A stretch of 64,000 nt of DNA from Tubulanus polymorphus (Eukaryota; Animalia; Nemertea), in assembly GCF_964204645.1 (NCBI RefSeq), contig NC_134034.1:7576962-7640961 (forward strand). The letters are read 5' to 3'. Below the pieces are notes generated by a model. It was not told where the DNA came from, did not search any database, and was given only the letters and a program-made list of their open reading frames with translations. Positions 50,344-61,841 of the stretch are shown piece after piece; position 1 is the stretch's first letter, and each line of letters starts with the position of its first letter. Both the position numbers and the translations under genes were made by a program.

Positions 50344-50944
50344 TTATTTTACTTAATTTTTGTTCTGATTTATTTCCTGTTTCGACGTTTGGTTGTAGTA
50401 CATCTGTTTCGTTCTTACCTGATTTATATTCCATAGGCTTGATATTCGAAAATGTTATGACACCAGTAGAAATTAATGTCATAACCGATCCTAATTGAAA
50501 TGAAGCATAACCAACCCATTTTTGTAATTCAGTCATAACTAAGTAGTCATTTTTCAAATCACTATATAATTTATTTTCATCATCAATTGGTATTAACTGG
50601 TTACATAACTTAGAATAACATTTGACAATACCATCTGAAATAGAATCATTTATTCTAGCTAATCTAGCTTCTTCATAAATCTTAAAATATTTTATTACTT
50701 TATCTGGTTTCATAGCATCTAATTCTTGAAAAGTAATGATCTTAGTTAAAAATTGTTTACACTTTCCGCTAGCAATCAGTAGCTCGAGATGGTGTTTACA
50801 ATATAAGTAGTATTCATAATCTATATTACAATTAACTTGAATATTATTTTCAATTTTGGTTGGAATATCCTTATTATCACTAATACCTAAATCATCTAAT
50901 GTTTTTTCAATATCAATACTATTCTTACTCGATTTCTTTGACAT
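50336..50944 (-). CDS. Conserved Polinton hypothetical protein
   Basis: Homolog at 4921-5427. Confidence 0.7.
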   Translation of the reverse strand: MSKKSSKNSIDIEKTLDDLGISDNKDIPTKIENNIQVNCNIDYEYYLYCKHHLELLIASGKCKQFLTKIITFQELDAMKPDKVIKYFKIYEEARLARINDSISDGIVKCYSKLCNQLIPIDDENKLYSDLKNDYLVMTELQKWVGYASFQLGSVMTLISTGVITFSNIKPMEYKSGKNETDVLQPNVETGNKSEQKLSKINE

Positions 50945-51245
50945 TTATATTAGAGAAATTTGATAAGAAAAATATTATAAGTATTATAAGATGATACCAG
51001 TATCTCTTTAGATTAATACTAGCTTAGTTAAAGGTAAAGAATTTTAGTATTAGTTATTGTTTTTTTAGTATTTTTTATTTGTGATATAAAGTATTCTTTT
51101 TTGAAAAGAAAATATTAAAAAAACCTTAACTAATACTAGTTAGTTGAAGATGTGTAATTTTTAATATATTTTATTTGAATTCTATTTGATATCTCACTAC
51201 TTTTGTAAATCTATTAGGAGCAGTAATTATAACTGTCCAGATAAG

Positions 51246-51923
51246 TCATTTCGGATCCTTGATATCAAATTCCTCAACATATTGTTCATTATTTGGATTA
51301 TTGTTCCATTGATCAATAAATTTCTTTGCCTTTGTTAACTGTTCTAAATATAGCTGTAAATCTAGTTTATTAGATTTGATTTGATTTTCTTTCTTTTCTA
51401 AAGGCCTTAAATTTTTCCAACCCCAAATAAGTTTTTTATTGAATTCATCATTCATGTTAAATTTAGATATTGGTACCACGTGATCAATATGGTAATAATC
51501 CCCATAATTATCTATATTCATTTTATCATCGAATTGAAATATAATCCATGATTTGAGAAATTCATCTGAACAACCCAACAAATTAGATAGTGTTTGTGAA
51601 TGTGTTTCTTTACTGAATAATTGTGTTAATCTAGATCTTAAGCATTGTTTCAATCTAAAATTAAGATCTGTTTGATATCTTACTCTCATATATTCTGCCA
51701 TATAATAATTATAATGTTCTATATTATCTTCTCGATATTGTTTGGTATATAGTTTAAAACAAGTTTTACAGCAATATTGAAAACTATCTTTGCTAATCTT
51801 ACACTTACTAAGTTCTGTTAAAGCTAATTTATCTAATTCACACTTAGAACACTTCTTGTAGTATATATTTATAACGCCGGTGTTATTTGTAATATTGATA
51901 ATTTGTGGTTGTTCTGGTTCCAT
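51246..51923 (-). CDS. HNH endonuclease
   Basis: CSKC/CKTC, HIDHVVPISKF...WKNLRPLEKKENQIKSN. Confidence 0.85.
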   Translation of the reverse strand: MEPEQPQIINITNNTGVINIYYKKCSKCELDKLALTELSKCKISKDSFQYCCKTCFKLYTKQYREDNIEHYNYYMAEYMRVRYQTDLNFRLKQCLRSRLTQLFSKETHSQTLSNLLGCSDEFLKSWIIFQFDDKMNIDNYGDYYHIDHVVPISKFNMNDEFNKKLIWGWKNLRPLEKKENQIKSNKLDLQLYLEQLTKAKKFIDQWNNNPNNEQYVEEFDIKDPK

Positions 51924-52057
51924 TTATTATACGTATTTTTTTTACTAAATTGGTTAATATTTTAGAATCCTCTTCCATATCTTCGACCAACGTCATCCTT
52001 TTTCATTCCTCGCTGCTTTTGATAAGTTGTTTCGATTCCTTGATATCTAAATCATAC

Positions 52058-52515
52058 CAGTTACAATACCCGCGTCACATGCGGGCATTCAGGCGCGCTT
52101 TTGCTTAATGCGCATGCGTTAATCATAATTATATATTCATTCTATAAATTCTGTAAAATAGAAACAACCGACATAAAATATCAAAATGTGTTCGCATTAG
52201 GCAAAAGCGCGCATACAGGCGCGCTTTTGCTTAATGCGCATGCGCTAATCATAATTATATATTCATTCTGTAAATAGAAACAACCGACATGAAATATCTA
52301 AATCATACCACTAGGCAAGACCGGGCATTCAGGCCCGGTTTGGATCAATGCGCATGCGCTAATCATAATTATATATTCATTATGTAAATTCTGTAAAATA
52401 GAAACGACCGACATAAAATATCAAAACGTGTTCGCATTAGGCAAGACCGGGCATTCAGGCCCGGTTTGGATCAATGCGCATGCGCTAATCATAATAGAAA
52501 CGACTGAACATAAAA
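52058..52515. repeat. Subterminal tandem repeat (~110-130-bp units, 4 copies) with GCGCATGCG palindromes
   Basis: aatgcgcatgcg(c/t)taatcataat occurs four times. Confidence 0.85.
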
Positions 52516-53243
52516 ATTCACCAAACAGATTTACACAATACATTATACAAGTTATTCAGTTGTTTCTTCCAATACATCATTTGATTTCTATAAATACAAT
52601 TTATAATTACAAACATTTTTTCAATTGCTGGTAAATATTTAACTACATCAACAAATGTTAAACTTAATCATTGGAGTCTCAATGTTTTTGAAATTCTTAT
52701 ATATAGTTTCTTCTTCGATCTTTTGGTGATTCTTGTGTTTCTTGTGCCAATTTCTATTGGTTCGATATCCATTGCTGTTGATTCCTCAGTCAGAAAGAGT
52801 ATCTTGAGTTTCTCTATCACTTCTTGATGCGTATGGCGTTTTATTAATCTAAAAGATATTAGTGGCAACTCTAGCCATCTAAAAGATATACTAAATACAC
52901 TTAAATATATCTAAAGGTTTCATATTTAATGGCCCCAATGACTACAAAAAACAGTACTTACATTTAGATTTAGAATTGTAAACTATAAACTCCTAATTGC
53001 GTTTCTAGAGAGAATATCCTAAGCGTTATGTTACAGCGTCTATTCAGTTCCGGTGCAATTTCGAGCCACGTCATCTGGTTCCGGTTCTAGAATGTTCTAC
53101 GCGTTTGTAGTATTATGACTCATATGTCTCGGCGTCATAGTAACAGCTGTAACAGCTGTGAATTTATAGATTTATTCCATAGCTCTTTACATGGAATGTA
53201 TATAGTCTCAAATAGAATCATGTTCTAGTATAAACAGCTATGT

Positions 53244-53542
53244 ATTATTTCAATCACACTTTTAATGTTTAAAAATCTAACTCATACAAATATAAATATT
53301 GAAATAATGTTGTAAATATATCTATATATCTATTCTATAAGAGCTAACACTTTTATATTGAATAATCTGTCAATTAAAATGTTATTCATTTATATTTTAT
53401 TCATGTATATGAATATTTTAAGAGTAATAGGGGTTTAGTTGTTCTAGGTTAAAGGTTGAACGGTTGAGAAATTTTCCAAATGTGAAATAATAATAATTTC
53501 TACTTGAATTAGGAGTGTGCGCGACTAATTCAAGTAGAAATT
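53244..53542. repeat. Right TIR of copy C, outer hairpin arm mostly lost
   Basis: Reverse complement of ~34490-34785. Confidence 0.9.
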
Positions 53543-53685
53543 TATAAACAGTTCATTTCTATAGCGGCCGGGACTATTATGGTAAAATTGATCACGATTT
53601 AAAAAAAAGTAATGTATAGGGTAGATAGGCGGCCGGCCGGGTCAATCTCGATGGTTTTGTATGGAGATGTGCCTTTGCTATTCCC

Positions 53686-53826
53686 CTATTACCCTTATGT
53701 AAAATGGCTGGGATCGAGGGGTGGTGTGTGCGTGGATTACCCTTATACAGAGTGGCTGGGATCGAGGGGCAGCGTGTTTGCGTGGATTACCCTTATATAA
53801 AGTGGCTGGGATCGAGGGGCTGCGTG
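53686..53826. repeat. 50-bp minisatellite, ~3 copies
   Basis: attacccttat....agtggctgggatcgagggg repeated. Confidence 0.85.
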
Positions 53827-53854
53827 CTTCCATCAGTTGATTTTCACAATCAAG

Positions 53855-53980
53855 ATTGTAGACATTGTCGACGAGTAGAATCGGTCGACAATCGGGGTTG
53901 TAGACATTGTCGACGAGTAGAATCGGTCGACAATCGGGGTTGTAGACACTGTCGACGAGTAGAATCGGTCGACAATCGGG
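53855..53980. repeat. 42-bp minisatellite x3 with internal hairpin
   Basis: ttgtagacattgtcgacgagtagaatcggtcgacaatcgggg. Confidence 0.88.
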
Positions 53981-55280
53981 AACCGAACCACTCACTTCAT
54001 TAAAGAAACCCCACCACGACGGAACTATATTGACCTATTCTGGAGTTGAACCAATAGGTGAATGAAGGACTACAAAATGATTTTGTGTAATTTTCAGAAT
54101 ATTTACAAAGAATATTCACAGAATATTGTCAAAAAATGTTATTTTTAGTTCGTATTTCTCCGTAGAAACCGATTGGAAGACAGGATTCGAATCCCACAAA
54201 AAGCACAGTCCCTTAGCAATAGGTCGACATTTTTTTAGAATAACAAGCGCGCCGGTTTCACAGCATCACTAAGGGTCGAGTCCCGGAGAATAAGGCGTGC
54301 GCGCGGTCTGCGTGTTACAAAATGACCGTCTGACTGAAGTACTGACCCAGCTAGCACACAACGTTCATACAACACTCAGAAACGTTCGTGAAACGTTTTC
54401 TGTTGGTGTTCTAAACGTTGTCATCCAAGAGCCTGCAGCAAATTAATAATTACGTCAGATATCATCAATATAGTGATCCGCAGCAAGATTTCGTAGTAGT
54501 TAAAAATGTTTGTAATGTTGATTTCCTGTATGCGTTGGTGGTTACACAGGCACTTGAATATGGGCTTTGATAATGGATAAATATTTAATGATTCACCAGC
54601 GATACGTTGTTCCTACTTCGATAATCCGCCATGTTTTATAATATTTTACCCATGATTAACTATACTATACAGAAAGGCTGGAAACGATCCTATTTTTTGT
54701 AAAATGTTAATACTAGCACTCTAAAGTTTCTCTTGTTGTATACGTCTGTTGGTAATTCGCAAAGAGTAGTTGTTCTCTTAACGATGATAAGCAAGGAGTG
54801 AGTAAATCATTCCGCGTCATGACAGGAGGGTTGGAAGGAAAAAGTTAGTTTAGCAAATCAGTTTTGAAAATAATTTTAGATCAGCGAATCATTAAGGCTA
54901 AATTCTACATGACCAAAACAGTCATGACAGTTAGGTTGCTGCTCCTTGCCAAAAGTCGAGTGGGAGAGTCGGTATTCTAAGAATGTCGATTCTTTCTATA
55001 AAAGGGACCCGCAGTCTTGGGAGAGCAGACACTCAAAAGACACTCGATAGACACTCGTTGGAGATCGATTGGGAGGTTATATTTCAAGACCTTGTTTATA
55101 GAGTTTTGTTACCAACAGGAGTGTACGCTAGTAATCATTTTAAGAGCTTGGATCTGGATTGTGTTCTAACTGGAAAAAGCTTCGGCTACTTATCAAGGTA
55201 AATCAAATTCGTTTTACTATTATTATATTCAGTCAAATTTCCGGTATTCTAGTTTTACATGGGGTTGTGAGGTGTAACAT

Positions 55281-55295
55281 TGGTGCCGAAACCCA
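55281..55295 (+). promoter_or_regulatory. Primer binding site, tRNA-Phe-like
   Basis: tggtgccgaaaccc after the LTR end. Confidence 0.75.
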
Positions 55296-55399
55296 GTCTG
55301 TTGATTAACATTGATGCCGAAATCCGGTCTGTTAATTATTATTAGTGCCGAAACTTGTACTTTTAATCTATTGTGCTGGAACCTTTTATATTGATTATT

Positions 55400-57439
55400 A
55401 GTAATAGGGAATATGTTGTTTCAGATCAAAGGTCGAACGGTCGAGTTCATTAAAAACAAAACATGAAAAGTAATTTAAAACTATAATATATTTTCATAAC
55501 CGTGTGCATTTTATATTAAAACTAAATATTTATTCTAAGATATCAATAATTTTAAAAGCATATTGTATTGTAAATAAATCAATTGGTCGCTCCACTTCGC
55601 TACCGCTCCGCTCCGCGACCAATTGATTTATTTACAATACACACATTCATATAATCAAATATATTCAAATAATAATAATATTCAACTGAAATACACACGG
55701 TTATGAAAATATATTATAGTTTTAAATTACTTTTAATATTTGTTATTAATGAACTCGACCATTCAACCTTTAACCTGAAACAACATATTCCCTATTACTC
55801 TTAAAATATTCATATATATGAATAAAATATAAATGAATAACATATAAATTGATAGATTATTCAATATAAAAGTGTGAGCAAAGTGTTAGTAAAAAAGTAA
55901 CGAGTAATTAACGAGCTCTTATAGAATAGATATATAGATATATTTTAAACATTATTTCAATATTTATATTTGTATGAGTTAGATTTTTAAACATTAAAAG
56001 TGTTAGTAAAGTGTGATTGAAATAATTCATATATAAATCATTGAATATTTATATGCGTTAAATTCTTATTTTCAATATAAAAAGTAACGAGTAATTAACG
56101 AGTGAAATAATTCATATTTAAAACAGTGAATATTTATATTTATATGCGTTAAATTCTTATTTTTATGTTTAAAAGTAACGAGTAATTAACGAGTTGATGA
56201 AAATATCAATTTTAATAACAAAATTACTTATAAATATGAATGAACAGATACTACATTTCAAAGATATCGATTTAAATGAATTAGAAAAATATTTTACAAT
56301 TAAAAATTTCATTCCTATTAAAGATTTGATTAAAACTGCGCGTCTTCGTTTTCAAGTGAAAAATATTACTGAATTAGTGTTTAAAAATCATTATCTAATG
56401 ATAGAGTTATCGAATGATAAAGATAAAATCTTATTCAATACAATAATTCCAAAATTCACAACATTTGATGGAATAGATAAACATTTAATAATTACAGATG
56501 AAATGCAATCACTTTTTAATAATGAAAATTCACATAAAACATTATTTTTACACTTACGTTATTGCCCATTCAGAGAATGCTATGTTATGTTTTTCAGATT
56601 ACAAGAAAAGAGATTTATCCCTGACATTCCAAATGAAAAATCATATAAAGATGTTGGAATTCAATGTAATTTAGATAATGAAATCGTTGCACCTAAATAT
56701 AATCCTAATGAAAGCGTTTTATTTAATTGTGGAAAATATTATACTCGAAGCAATAAATCACACCATCTTAAATCAAAATATCATAACACATATCAAAGAT
56801 AAAAACTAATAACATAACTGATGATTTAAAAACATTAAAACATCATTTTGATTTCAGTAACTATCCTGAAAAAATATAAAATAAACTATCCATAAAATAT
56901 ATCTATATATCTATTCTATAAGAGCTCGTTAATTACTCGTTACTTTTTTACTAACACTTTGCTCACACTTTTATATTGAATAATCTATCAATTTATATGT
57001 TATTCATTTATATTTTATTCATATATATGAATATTTTAAGAGTAATAGGGAATATGTTGTTTCAGGTTAAAGGTTGAATGGTCGAGTTCATTAATAACAA
57101 ATATTAAAAGTAATTTAAAACTATAATATATTTTCATAACCGTGTGTATTTCAGTTGAATAATAGAATAATTATTATTATTAAAATATATTTGATTATAT
57201 GAATTTGTGTATTGTAAATAAATCAATTGGTCGCGGAGCGGAGCGGTAGCGAAGTGGAGCGACCAATTGATTTAATACAATATGCTTTTAAAATTATTGA
57301 TATCTTAGAATAAATATGTAGTTTTAATATAAAATGCACACGGTTATGAAAATATATTATAGTTTTAAATTACTTTTAATGTTTTGTTTTTAATGAACTC
57401 GTTCGACCTTTGATCTGAAACAACATATTCCCTATTACT
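55400..57439. mobile_element. Complete 2040-bp non-autonomous Polinton derivative (copy D)
   Basis: AGT...ACT termini, ~550-bp TIRs each with a ~400-bp hairpin, 6-bp TSD ATTATT, ~68-bp PolB remnant at ~56800-56867. Confidence 0.93.
56194..56802 (+). CDS. Hypothetical protein with degenerate C-terminal zinc finger (likely ATG at 56236)
   Basis: CGKYYTRSNKSHHLKSKYH; only ORF inside copy D. Confidence 0.55.
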   Translation: MMKISILITKLLINMNEQILHFKDIDLNELEKYFTIKNFIPIKDLIKTARLRFQVKNITELVFKNHYLMIELSNDKDKILFNTIIPKFTTFDGIDKHLIITDEMQSLFNNENSHKTLFLHLRYCPFRECYVMFFRLQEKRFIPDIPNEKSYKDVGIQCNLDNEIVAPKYNPNESVLFNCGKYYTRSNKSHHLKSKYHNTYQR

Positions 57440-57750
57440 ATTATTCGTTAATGAGATGTGGGATTCGAACCCACCAACCACACAGCAATCTGAAATACTG
57501 CACGCCCCACTGCACGCCCATGTGTAATACCGGAGGAGTGTCGGGGACCTCTGTGGGATTCTAACCCACTCGCCATGCAGGTCGATACCGATGGGGCTGC
57601 ACTACAGCCATTGAGGGGTTCGAACCCTCCGCCTTCTGAATTGCAAAAACCGACCAGCCAGTATGGGGGATCGAACCTACATCTGTTTTTTTGGGGTTAG
57701 ACATTTAAAAAAAATGTTATTTTAGATTATTATTCGTTTAAAGATATACA

Positions 57751-58861
57751 ATGTCGACAGGAGGGGGGACGACGTACGGCGCGGGTGGCTCACAGGAACG
57801 ACCCGCTGTAAGCAACGACACTGTTCTGCAGGCCCTCTCTGGCATTCGCGAACAGGAATACACAGCCACGGCGTTCATGAATTTCTCTATGCTCCCTAAA
57901 TTTACGGGACGAAACGACCAGTGCGTCTCTGATTGGTTCAAAGGATTTGACCGTTTGGACGATCTAATGGGTTGGGACGATGACGCTAAAAAGAAACAGT
58001 TGTATTGGTTTTTGGCTGGCCCAGCCCTGGTCTTATTTAATGATCTTCGAATTGATCAGGGTATCGATGCGAAATATTGCCACTCCCTGGGAGCATATTG
58101 TTCATGCATTTTATTCACAATTTAGCCCCAGCTCGTGGGCCTTGGTCAAGGAGTCGACCTTAACGACTATGAGACAGGGAGAGACACAACCGGTCGATAG
58201 GTTTACGGAGGAGATTGATCGTGTGGCCTCAAGTTTGAAATTTTCAGACCATCAGAAAAAGATGTTATTAATTAATAACTCCCGCCCTGATATTTCGGTC
58301 TATTTGCTGTCACAGCGTCCTACGACGTTTAGGGGTGCATGGGAAGCAGCAAGGATGGCTGAACATATTGAACAACGAAAGGCTCTGTCGTCCCCCAATG
58401 TATCGCAAATTGGGACCGAACCAAATAAGGCGATAGGAGATGTCATGACTGAGCTACGGGACATGTTTCGCCAGATCATGGACTAACAAAAATCTACCCG
58501 TACTCAGCGAAATGATAGAGGGACCTACAATAGTGAGAACCGTCCATCACAAAGGTCACAAGATGGGCAGGTGGTGTGCTAACATAGTCACGCCCCCGGT
58601 CATTACGCCATGAATTTTCAAACTTGGCGTTACGACCAACAAAGGTCACGGGTCGCGCCAAACCGGGACGCATTTCAGCGTGATATACGCTGTCCCCAAA
58701 ATTCTGGTAGGGGTCAGTTTCGGCCACAGAATATTGGGCGTGGTTCCCAAGGGGTTAATCGAACACTTGGTCAGGGAAACGACCAGAGACCTCATCATAT
58801 GGACCGACAAGGGTGGGGTCGCGCAATGAATGGTCAACTGAGCCCTCGCCAGATTCGTTAA
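57751..58861 (+). pseudogene. gag: Gag remnant, frameshifted
   Basis: LPKFTG...DWF, LAGPA, MRQGETQPVDRF capsid motifs. Confidence 0.75.
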
Positions 58862-59538
58862 GAAGGAGTGATTATTGGTGGGAGGACACATATTCGGATT
58901 ATCATAGATATGACAATGACAGTCCGGTAATTGAAAATTATATTTTTGATGATGATGATTATTTTGAGGACAATAGGGATGATACATTTGACATGTCATT
59001 TGATCAAGGCGACATGCTAGCTGATTCAGTTGACGATTATTTTGAACCTGAGGAAGACTGTACTGCGTATTACTTTCATGACGATGAGTCTCTTGATTTA
59101 GATAGGCTTGTCGGCTCTCACACTCCTTCATTGGGTGCCGATGACGTTTATGACATTCAAGATCGTAACTTTGGGGACAGATGGAGGGACAATTCCCAGT
59201 TGTCGTTATGTGAAAATTTTCATATGGACCAGGGATCCAATTTTGAGGACAACTGGAGGAATAATTCCCAGTTGTCGGTTACTAAAGAGCCTGTAAATAG
59301 ACACAGGAGGGTCATGTTCGGCGATCCGGTTGAATTGCAGGAGGTACGTACTAATATGGCGTGCTCGGGTGACAAGTTTGGAATTGATAGGTAACACCCT
59401 AGAGGGGTTAATGGTCCGACGGTTTCGGCAGAAGATGATCTTTTTAGAGATAGGAAGTCTCATTTAGATTGTCACGAAGGCGCTTTTGATCAGTATAGGT
59501 ACCCAGCAACCTCCGAACCAGCAATACAATGTGATCTT

Positions 59539-60624
59539 GTGTCATCACTTTCAAGTAGTAGTAATAATTCACGATCGGAATGTCTTAATGATCAGAGTAA
59601 TATGAAAACTATTTTGTTAAAGATATCTAGTCAGGAATCAATGTCGGAGAATTTGTGTCACTCGTTTGAAAGGGGACAGAACTTTCCTGTCACCTCAAAT
59701 GCCAGCCGTTTTCACCATCTAGTTGGGGATGGAATGTCCAATGAACAGGACAGAGGTCAAGTTGTCCCTACGTCTAAACCGAATATGCCAATCAACGACA
59801 ATGTTGGGATAGGAGATTCGAACTCCGAGTCCCAACCAACTGTTCACTGTCAGGAACAACTTCCACATGTTACGACGACTTTAACACGTCACACGTCAAC
59901 CAATGACATAGGGTCCTTTTCCAGTCGGAACAACACTATTGGACAGGAGGCTTATTCCCCGTCAATCATGGCAACTGCCACCAACCGAGTGACTGGTAGT
60001 CATTTAGGGACACCGTTAAACCTTTTGATTGATACGGGTGCCGAAATTTCTGTACTGTCAAACAATTACTTCATCAATCATCCTCAGATATCGAATGGCC
60101 CTTTGCAGGAGGGACAATTTCAGTCCGCCCGTGGGGTAGATGGTACTAAATTTGATTTAAAAGGTGTTATTTCCGTAGATTTTGTATTAGGAAATTTGGA
60201 CGTGTCACATTCTATGTACGTGGTGGATGGAGTCACCTCGGACTTTATTCTCGGAGCTGATTTCCTGGAACAAAACCAGGCAGTTATCGATTATGCTAAA
60301 AAGGCTCTCTTGTTGCCAGGCGCCGACATAATTTACTTTAGTAATGATGTCATCTTGGGAAAATCTTCGTCGGTTAAAGTCACGCGTATGACTATTATTC
60401 CCCCTTCATGCAATGTCACCGTAGACCGTAAGTGTTTAATTGACAAGTCTCAGTCATCGATTGCGGTCTCTGAGCCTGTTAATCATTTGAGAATGAGTGA
60501 TCTCATGAGCGCAAGTCAGTTGTTAGCGTCATGCCATCAAGGCATCGGCTTCGGGTCACGAACCATACGTCACGACACGTCACCATCTGGGTTTAATTTA
60601 ATACAGGAGATAAAGACGAGATAA
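59539..60624 (+). pseudogene. Retropepsin-containing ORF
   Basis: LLIDTGAEISVL and FILGADFL. Confidence 0.75.
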
Positions 60625-61374
60625 TCTCTGTGTTTTTCTTTGATTTTAAGGTACCCGTATCGGATGTGTGAAGATGAGACCGTCGAGATATGACATCACT
60701 AGGATGGAAGAATGTCTTCTTCTGTCAACCGCAATAGATGTTGACGGATACCCACTGATAGTGACCATATGGAGATGGGGACTTGTTGGGAGGTATCCTG
60801 AAACTCGACGCAACTGATAGTATGATAAACCAGCAACTGGTATGATCTGGCCGAGATGGGTGATACTAATTCGCCGATTGGTCAAATAACGAGGAAACGG
60901 AGCGAATATACGACCTACAATAGCGAACTTTGGGCGTTGGTTTTAACGGGTTGGATTCATGCTCGATGTTAGTCATGCGATTATGGCCATGGTTAGCGGT
61001 GATTGTCACCCTCGAAGAATGCGTTTTGCTGTACTAACGACGTAGCAATACGCGCTGCGAGGAACTGCGGTGGATGACGTCATTCGTCCGTCCATGACGT
61101 ACCTTGTTGTGGCTGGTAACTATTGCGTCACTTCGCGGTGAATTTCAAACTCAAACTGTGAACTGTTTTGTGCTTGACATTTTCTTTGTTTAGTGTGCGG
61201 AGGCAGCGGTCGCAATGTACTTTTTTCGATTGGGTATCCTGAACTCTAATACGCGTTGTTATGATTGAACTTTAAACATTTACTCGTATAGCATGAATTG
61301 TGTCTTTTATTGATGTTCTTTTTCAGGATCTGTCTAGGGAGGTTTCAGCGTGATGGTAATTTGATATAACTTGA

Positions 61375-61841
61375 TCCATTTATATTATCATCTTTATAAT
61401 ATGATAAATGATTTTCATCAATTGGTTTTTATTTAGTTAACTTATTATATTTTGTGTTATGAACATGTAAAGTCATAAATATTATTTCATCAAATATTAA
61501 ACCTGATCCTTCAAAATATTTCTCTTCTATCTTATTTTTTATTTCAAAATAACATTTATATTATATATTGGTTTATCTTCAGATTTTAAAAATTTAACTT
61601 AGCCGATATACTAATCTTAGGGTATTCAACATCTATAATTATTCTTATAATATTTTTCATATTTTCTAAATGTTTTTTATTTTCATCTAATGTTTTACCT
61701 TTATGAAATTAAAATTCAATTGCAGCTGGTCCAATATCACTTTTAAATGCTTCAGTTATATCTATTTCTTTTTTATTATCTAATGAATTAATATAATTTC
61801 TAACATCTTCCATGTATGGTCTTATTGTTTAATTTATTTTT
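61375..61841 (-). pseudogene. Isolated pPolB N-terminal fragment
   Basis: PYMEDVRNYINSLDNKKEIDITEAFKSDIGPAAIEF, matching 36352-36870. Confidence 0.85.

Larger units (their letters stand above)
34414..53542. mobile_element. Near full-length Polinton-like element copy C (~19.1 kb)
   Basis: TIRs 34414-~34785 and ~53244-53542 (right end truncated just past the hairpin loop); pPolB, mCP, MCP, ATPase and integrase present. Confidence 0.95.
54313..60624 (+). mobile_element. Truncated Gypsy-type LTR element (LTR start uncertain, LTR end 55279)
   Basis: TATA-like ctataaaagg at ~54996, ...tgtaaca end, PBS, gag and protease remnants; no RT/IN or second LTR seen. Confidence 0.7.

Noticed and set aside
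53855-53980. CRISPR-like hairpin repeats
   Set aside because: Head-to-tail 42-bp minisatellite without spacers.
57455-57685. tRNA genes (also ~54180 and ~62330)
   Set aside because: Only T-arm-like motifs; no full cloverleaf could be built.
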